Assembly: GCA_965371515.1 (NCBI GenBank)
Contig: CBDUYR010000002.1
Span: forward strand, 32,001 to 96,000
DNA: 64,000 bases
Reading direction: 5' to 3'
From: an uncultured bacterium
Lineage (GTDB): Bacteria > Krumholzibacteriota > Krumholzibacteriia > Krumholzibacteriales > Krumholzibacteriaceae
The translations under genes and the position numbers were made by a program. The notes under the pieces were generated by a model, which was given only the letters and a program-made list of their open reading frames with translations, had not been told where the DNA came from and did no database searches. Shown here piece by piece: positions 46,631 to 55,938 of the stretch. Positions within the stretch are counted from its first letter, which is position 1. The number at the start of each line of letters is the position of its first letter.

Positions 46631-49099
46631 CTATTCCGCCTTGCATGAATCGACCTTCTTCTTTTCTACTATGAAAATAAGATGGTCCGAAGAGGGATCC
46701 GAGGTGATCTTCAGACTATCATTCCTGCTTATCTCCCCACCGAGCATCTTCTCGCTCAGCGGGTCCTCGAGTAATTTCTGGATAGCCCTCTTGAGCGGCC
46801 TCGCACCGAGGGCCGGATCGTAACCCTTGCCGATTATGAATCTCTTTGCTTCCTCGGTGATCTTGAAATCGAGGTTCATCGCCTCGAGCCTGCCGTAGAG
46901 GTCCGTCAGGAGGATCTCGATGATCTCCATCAGGTCGCTGCGGTCGAGCTGCCTGAAGACGATCATCTCGTCGATCCTGTTGATGAATTCCGGGTTGAAT
47001 ATCTGCTTGGTGGCCTCCATGATCTTGTTCTTCATGTAGTCGTAACCGGCATCGGTGGCTCCGTCCTCGGAAACGAAGCCCATACCCTTCTTTCCCTTCA
47101 CTTCCTTGGCGCCGGCGTTCGAGGTCATGATAAGGACCGTGTTTCTGAAATCGACCCTGCGGCCGAACGAATCGGTCAGGTTGCCCTCCTCGAGGATCTG
47201 CAGGAGGAGGTTGAAGACGTCGGGATGCGCCTTCTCGATCTCGTCGAGAAGGACCACGGAGTAGGGTTTGCGCCTTACCTTCTCGGTCAGCTGCCCACCC
47301 TCTTCGTAGCCGACGTATCCCGGAGGAGCGCCGATAAGCCTTGATATAGCGAACTTCTCCATGTACTCCGACATGTCTATCTGGATCAGTGCGACCTCGC
47401 TCTCGAACAGTGTGGCCGACAGCGTCCTGGCCAGCTCGGTCTTGCCGACACCCGTCGGGCCGAGGAACACGAACGAGCCTATCGGCCTCCGCGGATCGCG
47501 CAGGCCGGCCCTGTTGCGCCTTACAGCCCTGGCGACTGCCTTGAGTGCCGGTTCCTGGCCGATGACCCTCTTGCGCAACTCGTCCTCGAGGTTGAGGAGT
47601 TTGACCGTCTCCTCCTCCTCGACGTCGGCGACGGGAATGCCGGTCATTTCGGAGATCACGTTGGCAATGTCCTTCGCGGTGACTACCGATTCGCTCTCCC
47701 GCCTCGACTCGGTCCATTCCCTGTGCCTCTCCTTCAGAGCGGCGCGAAGCTCCTTCTCCTGGTCCCTGAACGAGGCGGCTTTCTCGAACTCCTGCGCCTG
47801 GATCGAGGATTCCTTCTCCTTGGAGATCTCCTCGATCTGCCCCTCCATATCCCTCAGTTCCTCAGGGATCGTGGTCACCGAGAGCCTCGCCCTCGCACCG
47901 GCCTCGTCTATCACGTCGATAGCCTTGTCGGGCAGGAAGCGCCCCTGTATATATCTCTGGCTGAGATGCACTGCCTGGCTGATCGCATCGTCGGTAAATT
48001 TCGTTCTGTGATGGGCCTCGTACTTGTCGCGAAGCCCCAGGATGATCAGGACCGTCTCGTCTTCGGTGGGCGGATTGATCATGATCGACTGGAACCTTCG
48101 TTCCAGAGCACCGTCCTTCTCGATGTGCTTGCGGTACTCGTCGAGCGTGGTCGCCCCTACGCACTGTATCTCGCCCCTCGCGAGAGCCGGTTTGAGCATA
48201 TTCGAGGCGTCTATCGCCCCCTCCGCTCCTCCGGCACCGACGATCGTATGTATCTCGTCGATGAAGATTATTATCTGGTCGTTATCGTGTATCTCGGCGA
48301 TGATATTTTTAAGCCGTTCCTCGAACTGTCCTCTGTACTTTGTTCCTGCTACAACAGATGCGAGATCGAGTGTTGTTATCCTCTTGTTCTTGAGAAGCTC
48401 GGGCACCTTGTTGGCAATGATCTTCTGGGCCAGGCCCTCGATAATGGCGGTCTTGCCAACGCCCGGCTCTCCTATCAGCACGGGGTTGTTCTTTTTTCTC
48501 CTGCAGAGTATCTGGATTATCCTGCCGATCTCCTTGTTCCTGCCTATGATCGGATCGAGCTTGTTGTCCCTCGCAAGCTCTGTGAGGTCCCGTCCGAACT
48601 GGTCCAGGGTCGGGGTCTCGCTCTTCGCCTGCTTTGCCCGGTCGGAGCCGTGCCCGGCGCCGCCCTGGTGGATCATCTTCATGATCTCCTCGCGGACCCT
48701 CTTCCGGTCGACGCCCAGTTCGAGCAGAACGCGCGCGGCGACTCCTTCGCCTTCCCGGATCAGCCCGAGAAGAAGATGCTCGGTGCCTACATAATTGTGC
48801 CCGAGGAGCCTGGCTTCCTCTATCGAGAGTTCGAGCACTCGCTTGCCCCTCGGCGTCAGCGGCACCTCGCCCAGCGTCAGCGTATCGCCGCTGGGCCGGA
48901 CAATACTCTCTATCGCCTGCTGAATCTGGTCGAGGTCGAGGTCGAGTTTCTGCAGCACCCGCGAGGCGATCCCTTCACCCTCGCGCACGATGCCGAGCAG
49001 AAGATGCTCAGTACCTATGTAATCGTGCTGAAGCCTGTTCGCCTCGTCTCGCGCGAGGTATATGACCTTTCTGACCCGCTCTGTGAACTTGTCGTTCAT
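46631..49099 (-). CDS. clpC: ATP-dependent Clp protease ATPase ClpC
   Basis: Two Clp-N repeats (GTEHLLLG), two AAA modules (GEPGVGKT, GPTGVGKT), UVR M-domain, MGF ClpP-docking loop. Confidence 0.97.
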   Translation of the reverse strand: MNDKFTERVRKVIYLARDEANRLQHDYIGTEHLLLGIVREGEGIASRVLQKLDLDLDQIQQAIESIVRPSGDTLTLGEVPLTPRGKRVLELSIEEARLLGHNYVGTEHLLLGLIREGEGVAARVLLELGVDRKRVREEIMKMIHQGGAGHGSDRAKQAKSETPTLDQFGRDLTELARDNKLDPIIGRNKEIGRIIQILCRRKKNNPVLIGEPGVGKTAIIEGLAQKIIANKVPELLKNKRITTLDLASVVAGTKYRGQFEERLKNIIAEIHDNDQIIIFIDEIHTIVGAGGAEGAIDASNMLKPALARGEIQCVGATTLDEYRKHIEKDGALERRFQSIMINPPTEDETVLIILGLRDKYEAHHRTKFTDDAISQAVHLSQRYIQGRFLPDKAIDVIDEAGARARLSVTTIPEELRDMEGQIEEISKEKESSIQAQEFEKAASFRDQEKELRAALKERHREWTESRRESESVVTAKDIANVISEMTGIPVADVEEEETVKLLNLEDELRKRVIGQEPALKAVARAVRRNRAGLRDPRRPIGSFVFLGPTGVGKTELARTLSATLFESEVALIQIDMSEYMEKFAISRLIGAPPGYVGYEEGGQLTEKVRRKPYSVVLLDEIEKAHPDVFNLLLQILEEGNLTDSFGRRVDFRNTVLIMTSNAGAKEVKGKKGMGFVSEDGATDAGYDYMKNKIMEATKQIFNPEFINRIDEMIVFRQLDRSDLMEIIEILLTDLYGRLEAMNLDFKITEEAKRFIIGKGYDPALGARPLKRAIQKLLEDPLSEKMLGGEISRNDSLKITSDPSSDHLIFIVEKKKVDSCKAE

Positions 49100-49138
49100 T
49101 TGCCCCGCTCTTCCTTTCCCCAGGTGGACCCGGCGCCG

Positions 49139-50200
49139 TCAGGACGCCTTCAGTCTCGACCTGATGTAATCAGCTCTGCTCCTGTCCCTGTCGTCCGGTC
49201 CCATGACCTTTTCGTAGAGCATCTGGAGATGCATCGGCTGGATCATAATCAGCATCTCGTTGAGATCGGACAGGCCCGTGTCGGTGACGATCCCGAGCCC
49301 AACGCCGAGACGGACTGCCGAGAGAAGCCCCATCGCTTCCCTGGAATCGAGCATCCTCGCATTCCTCAGGAGACCGTAGGCCCTCCAGATCTTATCTTCG
49401 AGCAAACTCCGTGCCTCTTTGAGAAGGGTCTCACGTGCTTTTTTCTCGAATTCGAGTACTTTTCGTATATGTGAATCCATATTCTTCACTGTATCAGACT
49501 CTGACAGTCCGAGAGTAATCGAGTTCGATATCTGAAAGAAATTGCCTGCCGCTTCGCCTCCCTCCCCATAACCGCCCCTTACACTTAGCCTTACGTGCTT
49601 GAGTCCGTCCGAGACCTGCCTGATGTCACCGTTCTGTACCAGTCCAGGGAGGTGGACCATCACCGAGACCCGCAGCCCGGTCCCGACATTGGTGGCGCAG
49701 GCCGTCAGATATCCGAAATGGTCGGAAAATGCAAATTCAAGGCTTCCGTCAAGCTCATCGTCGAGACGGCTCACGCTCTCGAACGCCGCGCTCAGCGCCA
49801 GTCCCGACTCGAAAGACTGGAGCCTGAGATGATCCTCCTCGTTTACCATAACGCTGAGCTTCTCGCTCCTGACGACCGCCAGGCCGCGGTTGTTGAATTT
49901 CCTCACCATATCCTGCGATACGAGCCTTCTCTCCGCGAGGATCATGCGCTCCGGCTCGGCCGTATCGTTCATGTCGAGGAATATCGAGCCCTTCATCGAT
50001 GGTGCAAGCGCGAGCGCGTCCCTTACCTCGTCGCGGACCGAGGCGAGCTCAGATGCCTCCGCGCAGTTAGTGAATGTCCTTCCATCGATGTTGCGTGCCA
50101 GCCTCAAGCGTGTGGCAAGGACGAGCTCGCTCTCCTCGCCTCCCTCGGTCAGCCAGGACGCGGGGTTCTTGAGAAGCATATGCAGCTGCTTCTGTTTCAA
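49139..50200 (-). CDS. mcsB: Protein-arginine kinase McsB
   Basis: TRLRLARN, VNEEDHLRLQ, GYLTACATNVGTGLR, QISNSITLG, RADYIR. Confidence 0.93.
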   Translation of the reverse strand: MKQKQLHMLLKNPASWLTEGGEESELVLATRLRLARNIDGRTFTNCAEASELASVRDEVRDALALAPSMKGSIFLDMNDTAEPERMILAERRLVSQDMVRKFNNRGLAVVRSEKLSVMVNEEDHLRLQSFESGLALSAAFESVSRLDDELDGSLEFAFSDHFGYLTACATNVGTGLRVSVMVHLPGLVQNGDIRQVSDGLKHVRLSVRGGYGEGGEAAGNFFQISNSITLGLSESDTVKNMDSHIRKVLEFEKKARETLLKEARSLLEDKIWRAYGLLRNARMLDSREAMGLLSAVRLGVGLGIVTDTGLSDLNEMLIMIQPMHLQMLYEKVMGPDDRDRSRADYIRSRLKAS

Positions 50201-50700
50201 TGCTTTTCCATCCCCTTCTTCAGATCGGCGATCTCGTCCCTGAGCACGGCGGCCCTCTCGTAGTTCTCCAGCTCCACGGAGATACTCAGTTCGTCCTCGA
50301 GGGCGCGAATCCTGCGCCTTGCGTTGACCTTCTCGGTGCAGTACCTGCGCGGAGATTTGCCGAGGTGCCTGGCGTTTCCATGAATCCTCTTCAGGACCTT
50401 CGCGATATCCTCCCCGAACGAATCATAGCATTTCGAGCATCCCAGTCCGGCGGACTTACTGAATGCCGCGTACGTCCTCCCGCAGTGGCTGCACTTCCTC
50501 CTCGGCCCGCTCTTCTCCATCAGGGCGCTGTTGACCAGCCCGGCGAGGAGGTCGGTCTTCTCGAAATTGCTCCTCTTCAGGTAGTCGAAACCTTTTGCCT
50601 CGGCGCAGGACCGGCATATATGGATCTTCACGACGTCGTTTCCTTCGACGTTGGTGAAATGTATAGTCGCGCTGTTCTTCCTGCAAAACTGGCAGATCAT
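50197..50700 (-). CDS. mcsA: Protein-arginine kinase activator McsA
   Basis: Four CxxC motifs, IHGNARHLGKSP, UVR domain ENYERAAVLRDEI; start at ATG 50700. Confidence 0.92.
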   Translation of the reverse strand: MICQFCRKNSATIHFTNVEGNDVVKIHICRSCAEAKGFDYLKRSNFEKTDLLAGLVNSALMEKSGPRRKCSHCGRTYAAFSKSAGLGCSKCYDSFGEDIAKVLKRIHGNARHLGKSPRRYCTEKVNARRRIRALEDELSISVELENYERAAVLRDEIADLKKGMEKH

Positions 50701-50707
50701 ATCTTCA

Positions 50708-51385
50708 TCACTCCACCGGCAGGAGCCTGCCTCCCTCAAGCATGAATCCCCTGTCGGCTCTGGCAAGGAGCTCCCTCTTGTGCGTTACCACGATGAATGT
50801 CTGGTTCTTGGAGCGACTCAGCTCGAATATCAGTGCGTGAAGCATTTCACTGTTGGCCTCGTCGAGATTCCCGGACGGTTCGTCGGCGAGAACTATCGCC
50901 GGATCGTTCATCAGGGCCCTGGCCACAGCGATCCGCTGCTGCTCTCCGCCGGAAAGCTCGGCCGGCCTGTGCGTGAGCCTCTCGGCGAGTCCGACTTCCG
51001 CGAGAAGTTCCGCGGCCCTTTCGTGCGCGCCGTGATCGGTACCGCTCCTGAGAAGGGCGGGCATCATGACGTTTTCCAGGGCGTCGAATTCGGGGAGAAG
51101 GTAGTGAAACTGGAAGACGAACCCGAGATCCCTGTTCCTTATCGCGTTGAGCTCCCTGTCGGGCACGGCGAACGGGTTTTTCCCGCGGATCAGCACCTGG
51201 CCGCTGTCAGGAGTATCCAGAGTGCCCAGCACGTGCAGGAGAGTCGATTTTCCCGCGCCGGAGGCACCGAGTATCGCGACGACCTCTCCCCTTTCGGCCT
51301 CGAAATCGATTCCCCTGAGGACCTCGATATCTCCCTTGCGGCTCTTGAAGCTCTTCGTTACATTTTCTGCGCTGAGAATGCTCAT
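50708..51385 (-). CDS. lolD: Lipoprotein-releasing ABC ATPase
   Basis: [42 protein letters not shown]. Confidence 0.9.
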   Translation of the reverse strand: MSILSAENVTKSFKSRKGDIEVLRGIDFEAERGEVVAILGASGAGKSTLLHVLGTLDTPDSGQVLIRGKNPFAVPDRELNAIRNRDLGFVFQFHYLLPEFDALENVMMPALLRSGTDHGAHERAAELLAEVGLAERLTHRPAELSGGEQQRIAVARALMNDPAIVLADEPSGNLDEANSEMLHALIFELSRSKNQTFIVVTHKRELLARADRGFMLEGGRLLPVE

Positions 51386-51444
51386 GACCTCTCACCTGTC
51401 TGAAATATACGTCCTGGCGCCTCGATGAGCAACCGTGCCATCCG

Positions 51445-52704
51445 TCAGTCGTAACGAATCGCGTCGAGGGGCGACATGTTGCACGCTTCCCAGCTCGGAT
51501 AGATGGTCGCCGCGATCGATATTATCAGTGCGGCGACAGATACCAGGACTACGTCGAAAGTCCTTACTGCCACCGGGAGCGTGTTGATGAAATAGACGTC
51601 GGCGGGCAGGTCGAGCTCGACTGCCGAGAGCAGGGCGCAGATGCCCAGTCCGGCGGCCATGCCGAGGATAGTCCCCAACACCCCTATGATCGTGCCCTCC
51701 ATCATGAATATCGACATTATCCCCCTCGAAGACGCCCCCATCGATCTCAGAATCCCTATCTCGCTGCGCTTCTCCATGATCACCATCGTCAGCATCCCGA
51801 CGAGGTTGAAGGCGGCGATGAGTATTATCAGCGTCAGCAGCATGAACATCAGTACCTTCTCCACCTTGATGTAGCTGAAGAGGTTCCTGTTCATCCTGAT
51901 CCAGTTGTTCATGCCGTAGGCGCCGCTCCTCTCGAGCCTGCTGTCGATCCGGTCCTCCATCTCCGCCGCCTTCCAGATATCGGACGTACGGACACCGATC
52001 CCCCTGGTCGACGCTTCGAAGTCAAAGAAATCCTCCGCCTCCCCGATATCGATATAGGCAAACCGCGAATCGAATTCGAACACACCGGTCTTGAAGAAAC
52101 CGAGGACGCGGAACTCTCTTGTGCGCGGCTGTATCTCCCCCATCCTCATCTCTGCCGGCGCGCTTACGAGAGTGATGGTCTCGCCGAGGTATACCTTGAG
52201 GTCATCGCCGAGATCCTCACCGAGCACTACGCCGGGCAGGTCTCTGCCGTCTTCGAACCCCGTCGATTCGAAGGATCTGATCGGCGGTATGAACGAGTCG
52301 ACCACCGCAGAGACGTTCCGCTCTGCATCGAGATCGACACCCTTTACGATGACGCCCTTTGTCTTGACCCTCATCCCGGGGATCAGCTCGTAGAAGAGCA
52401 GGGCCTCGCCCCTTATAAACGGCGAGGCAGCGACCACTCCGTCCACCTCCTCCACGATGGCCGTGATGCTGTCTATCCCCGACCACGAGCCTGGCAGGCT
52501 GGCAAAGACGATCACGTGCGTGTTGAACTCGATTATCCGGCTGCGGAGCTCGCTCTCGAAACCGTTCATCAGCGAGAGGACCGTTATCAGAACAGCCACG
52601 CCGACGAGCGTTCCTCCGACGGCGATCATCGTCACGCGAGATACGAATCCGCTGCGGCGTCGGGCCCTGAGATACCTGAGCGCTATTGCCAGAGAGTAAT
52701 GCAT
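51445..52704 (-). CDS. lolE: Lipoprotein-releasing permease LolC/E family
   Basis: IALRYLRARRR, VLSLMNGF, IAAFNL, EIGILRSMGAS, YFINTLP. Confidence 0.88.
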   Translation of the reverse strand: MHYSLAIALRYLRARRRSGFVSRVTMIAVGGTLVGVAVLITVLSLMNGFESELRSRIIEFNTHVIVFASLPGSWSGIDSITAIVEEVDGVVAASPFIRGEALLFYELIPGMRVKTKGVIVKGVDLDAERNVSAVVDSFIPPIRSFESTGFEDGRDLPGVVLGEDLGDDLKVYLGETITLVSAPAEMRMGEIQPRTREFRVLGFFKTGVFEFDSRFAYIDIGEAEDFFDFEASTRGIGVRTSDIWKAAEMEDRIDSRLERSGAYGMNNWIRMNRNLFSYIKVEKVLMFMLLTLIILIAAFNLVGMLTMVIMEKRSEIGILRSMGASSRGIMSIFMMEGTIIGVLGTILGMAAGLGICALLSAVELDLPADVYFINTLPVAVRTFDVVLVSVAALIISIAATIYPSWEACNMSPLDAIRYD

Positions 52705-52711
52705 GCCTGCG

Positions 52712-54226
52712 TCAGCCGTCCCTTCCCGATTCGGGCCGCATCGCTGGAAAGAGAATGACGTCCCTGATGGAATGCGAATCGGTGAGAAGCATAACGAGAC
52801 GGTCGATCCCGATACCCAGTCCCGCCGTCGGAGGCATCCCGTGTTCGAGAGCCCTGAGGTAGTCCTCGTCGACAGGGTGTGTCTCCTCGGCTCCCTCCTG
52901 CTTCATCCTCGTCTGCTGTTCGAAACGCTCCCGCTGGTCGATCGGGTCGTTGAGTTCGCTGAACGCGTTGCCCACCTCGAACCCGGCTATGTAAGGCTCG
53001 AACCTCTCGACGAGACCCTTCTCGCTCCTGTGCGCCTTGGCGAGCGGCGACAGCTCGACCGGGTAGTCGGTTATGAAGACAGGCTGTATCAGGTGCGGCT
53101 CGACCATCTCGGAGAAGATCTCGTCGATCAGGCCCGCCCGTCCCGAGACTCCCTCGATGTCTATGTCGAATTTTTTCGCCGTCTTGCGGAGCTCATCCTC
53201 TGAGGCCTCGCGAAGGTCCTTGCCCATCTTCTCCTCTATCGATTCGAAGAAGGGCAGCCTCTGCCACGGAGTGGCCAGATCGATCTCGTGCTCCCCGTAC
53301 TTTATCTTCGTTGTCCCCAGCACCTCGTCGGCGAGCTTCCGGTACAGGGTCTCGACGAATTCCATCATGTCGTTGTAGTCCCAGTAGGCGGCGTAGCATT
53401 CGAGCATCGTGAACTCCGGGTTGTGCGACCTGTCCATACCCTCGTTCCTGAAATCCTTGCAGAACTCGTATACACGCTCCATCCCGCCAACGACCAGCCT
53501 CTTGAGGTAGAGCTCGTCGGCGATCCTGAGGTAGAGCCTCATGTCAAGGGCGTTGTGATGGGTGACAAACGGCCTCGCCATAGCGCCGCCGTATATCGGC
53601 TGCAGGATAGGTGTCTCGACCTCGAGAAAATCCCGCTCGTTGAGAAATGTCCTTATCGTGTCGATTATCCTCGACCTCGTCCTGAAGATCTCCATCACAT
53701 CGTCGTTCACGATCAGGTCGATGTAACGCTGCCTGTACCTCAGCTCCTTGTCCTGCAGGCCGTGATACTTCTCGGGGAGCGGAAGAAGCGACTTGGACAG
53801 GAGCTCGAGCTCCTTCACCTTTATCGTCAGCTCTCCGGTCCTCGTTCTGAAGAGATGACCTGAGATCCCGACGATGTCGCCGACATCGAGGAGCCTGAAG
53901 ATCTTCCACGTCTTCTCGTCGACCTCGGCATCCTTGATATAGAACTGCAGGCTTCCCGTGCCGCCCTTGATGTTCCCGAACGACGTGTGGCCGTGCCCCC
54001 TTATCGCCATTATCCGCCCCGCTACCGATGCCGACGCATCCTCGGCGGAAAGCGATTTCTCGTTCTCCATCGCTTCGGCCAGCGAATGCGTGCGCTCGAA
54101 CCTGTAGGGATAGGGGGTTACTCCCAGCCCGCGAAGCTCCTCCAGCTTGCGGATCCGCTCGTCCCTCTCCCGGCCACCTTCCTTTTTTACCTTGTCGCTC
54201 ACCTTCAGTTCTTCCTTCCCTTCCAT
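52712..54226 (-). CDS. lysS: Lysyl-tRNA synthetase (class II)
   Basis: RYRQRYIDL, GGAMARPF, FRNEG, HNPEFT, GMPPTAGLGIGIDRL. Confidence 0.98.
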   Translation of the reverse strand: MEGKEELKVSDKVKKEGGRERDERIRKLEELRGLGVTPYPYRFERTHSLAEAMENEKSLSAEDASASVAGRIMAIRGHGHTSFGNIKGGTGSLQFYIKDAEVDEKTWKIFRLLDVGDIVGISGHLFRTRTGELTIKVKELELLSKSLLPLPEKYHGLQDKELRYRQRYIDLIVNDDVMEIFRTRSRIIDTIRTFLNERDFLEVETPILQPIYGGAMARPFVTHHNALDMRLYLRIADELYLKRLVVGGMERVYEFCKDFRNEGMDRSHNPEFTMLECYAAYWDYNDMMEFVETLYRKLADEVLGTTKIKYGEHEIDLATPWQRLPFFESIEEKMGKDLREASEDELRKTAKKFDIDIEGVSGRAGLIDEIFSEMVEPHLIQPVFITDYPVELSPLAKAHRSEKGLVERFEPYIAGFEVGNAFSELNDPIDQRERFEQQTRMKQEGAEETHPVDEDYLRALEHGMPPTAGLGIGIDRLVMLLTDSHSIRDVILFPAMRPESGRDG

Positions 54227-55318
54227 TTCAGATAACCTTCCATGAATTGATCTATATTGCCGTCCATAACGGCCTGGATATTCCCCGTCTGGACCCCGGT
54301 CCTGTGGTCCTTGACCATCGTATAAGGATGGAATACGTAGCTCCTGATCTGGTTACCCCAGGAAATATCCTTCTTCTCGCCGGCGGCCGCGGCCTGCTTC
54401 TCGGATTCTTCCTCCATCAGCCTGGTGTAGATACGCGATCGCAGGACCTTCATCACAATCTCCCTGTTCCTGTGCTGCGAGCGCTCGTTCTGGCACTGAA
54501 CCACTATCCCCGTGGGAAAATGGGTGATCCTCACCGCCGATGAGGTCTTGTTTACGTGCTGTCCACCCGCCCCGCTTGCCCTGTACGTGTCGATCCGGAT
54601 GTCGTCGGGATTGATTTCAACCTCGATATTATCGTCGATCTCGGGATAGACATGCACGGCCGCGAAGGATGTGTGGCGCCTGTGATTGGCATCAAACGGC
54701 GAGATCCTCACGAGCCGGTGGATCCCGCTCTCCGACTTGAGCCTGCCGAACGCCAGCTCTCCATGCACTTCGATCGTCGCGTTCTTTATCCCGGCTTCGT
54801 CACCGGGCTGCAGGTCGATCATCCTGAAGGTGTATCCCTTCCTCTCGAGGAACCTCGTATACATGCGCAGCAGCATCTCCGCCCAGTCCTGGGACTCGGT
54901 CCCGCCCGCTCCCGGATGGATGTTAAGTATCGCGTTTCCTCTGTCGTTCTCACCGGAGAGCAGGACGGCCATCTCGAACTCGGCCAGGTTCCTGCCGATC
55001 TTCTCGAGCTCCTCCCCGATGTCGGCCAGGATCGATTCGTCCTCCTCGCTGAGGGCGATCAGCTCCTTCAGGGAATCTATATCAGATTTTATCCTGTGGT
55101 AGGGATCGAGCCTGCTCTTCAGCGCCTTGAGCCTCAACATGAGTTTCTCAGCGCCTTCCCGGTTGTTCCAGAAATCGGGCACGGACATTTTCTTCTCTAT
55201 CTCCGCCACCCCGGCCGTCATCGTCTCCAGGTCAAAGATACTCCTTGAGGCTAAGCAGCTTCTCTTCTGCCTTTGCGGCGGCTTCTGCCGCTTCCTTCGA
55301 CGACAACCTTTCCTGCAT
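54205..55318 (-). CDS. prfB: Peptide chain release factor 2, translated via programmed +1 frameshift
   Basis: ORF1 55318-55235 (28 codons) ends CTT TGA C; ORF2 continues in the +1 frame from 55233 with SPF and GGQ motifs. Confidence 0.96.
55231..55246 (-). promoter_or_regulatory. prfB +1 ribosomal frameshift cassette
   Basis: AAGGAG-TAT-CTT-TGA-C: internal SD plus slippery CTT TGA C. Confidence 0.93.
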
Positions 55319-55938
55319 CACCGTTTCCTCCGCAATCGATCGTATTCCTCTAGAAACTCGTCTCTTATGCGCGCCGCCTCTTTCCTGACCTCAGCGAGCG
55401 GGATGTCGGTGTCCAGCCTTATACCGGCCTTCTCCCACTCCCTGAAAAGGTCCCTCTGGCGCTCGATGCGCAGTTCGGCCTCTTTCCTGTCGAAACCGTT
55501 CCTGCGCATCATCCTGCGGATGCGGACCTCTTCAGGCGCGTCTGTCAGCACCACGAGATCCGCCTTGAGTCTGAATTTATACTGCAAAAAGAGTACTGCA
55601 TCAAGGACTATGTATTTCGAGGTCTCCGCGAGCTCCATGAGCCTTTCCCTCGCCATTTTCTTCACATAGGGGCGGATCAGGCTGTTCAGTCTGTCGAGCT
55701 TCTTCTGGTTGGAGAAGACCTCTCCGGCAAGCCTCAGGCGCGACACCTTCCCGTTGCCTGCCATGATCTCCGGACCGAACTCATCTCCGAGCTTCTCTAT
55801 GAAATCTGGGTCCTCGAGCGCCGCATGGGCAAGCTCATCGGCATCGACGTAGACGCCGCCCCCTTCGGCCATCACTCTGGCGACCGTCGACTTTCCCGAG
55901 GCGATCGGCCCCGTCACCACTATGAGAGGTACATTCAT
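55318..55938 (-). CDS. coaE: Dephospho-CoA kinase
   Basis: VTGPIASGKST, DADELAH, RLRLAGEVF; downstream of polA. Confidence 0.9.
   Translation of the reverse strand: MNVPLIVVTGPIASGKSTVARVMAEGGGVYVDADELAHAALEDPDFIEKLGDEFGPEIMAGNGKVSRLRLAGEVFSNQKKLDRLNSLIRPYVKKMARERLMELAETSKYIVLDAVLFLQYKFRLKADLVVLTDAPEEVRIRRMMRRNGFDRKEAELRIERQRDLFREWEKAGIRLDTDIPLAEVRKEAARIRDEFLEEYDRLRRKR

Noticed and set aside
47723..49474. 583-aa plus-strand ORF
   Set aside because: Antisense shadow of clpC. Long stop-free antisense frames are expected from GC-rich codon bias, and it has no recognisable motifs.
54205..55318. prfB as a frameshifted pseudogene
   Set aside because: The break is the canonical programmed CTT-TGA-C frameshift with an upstream SD.
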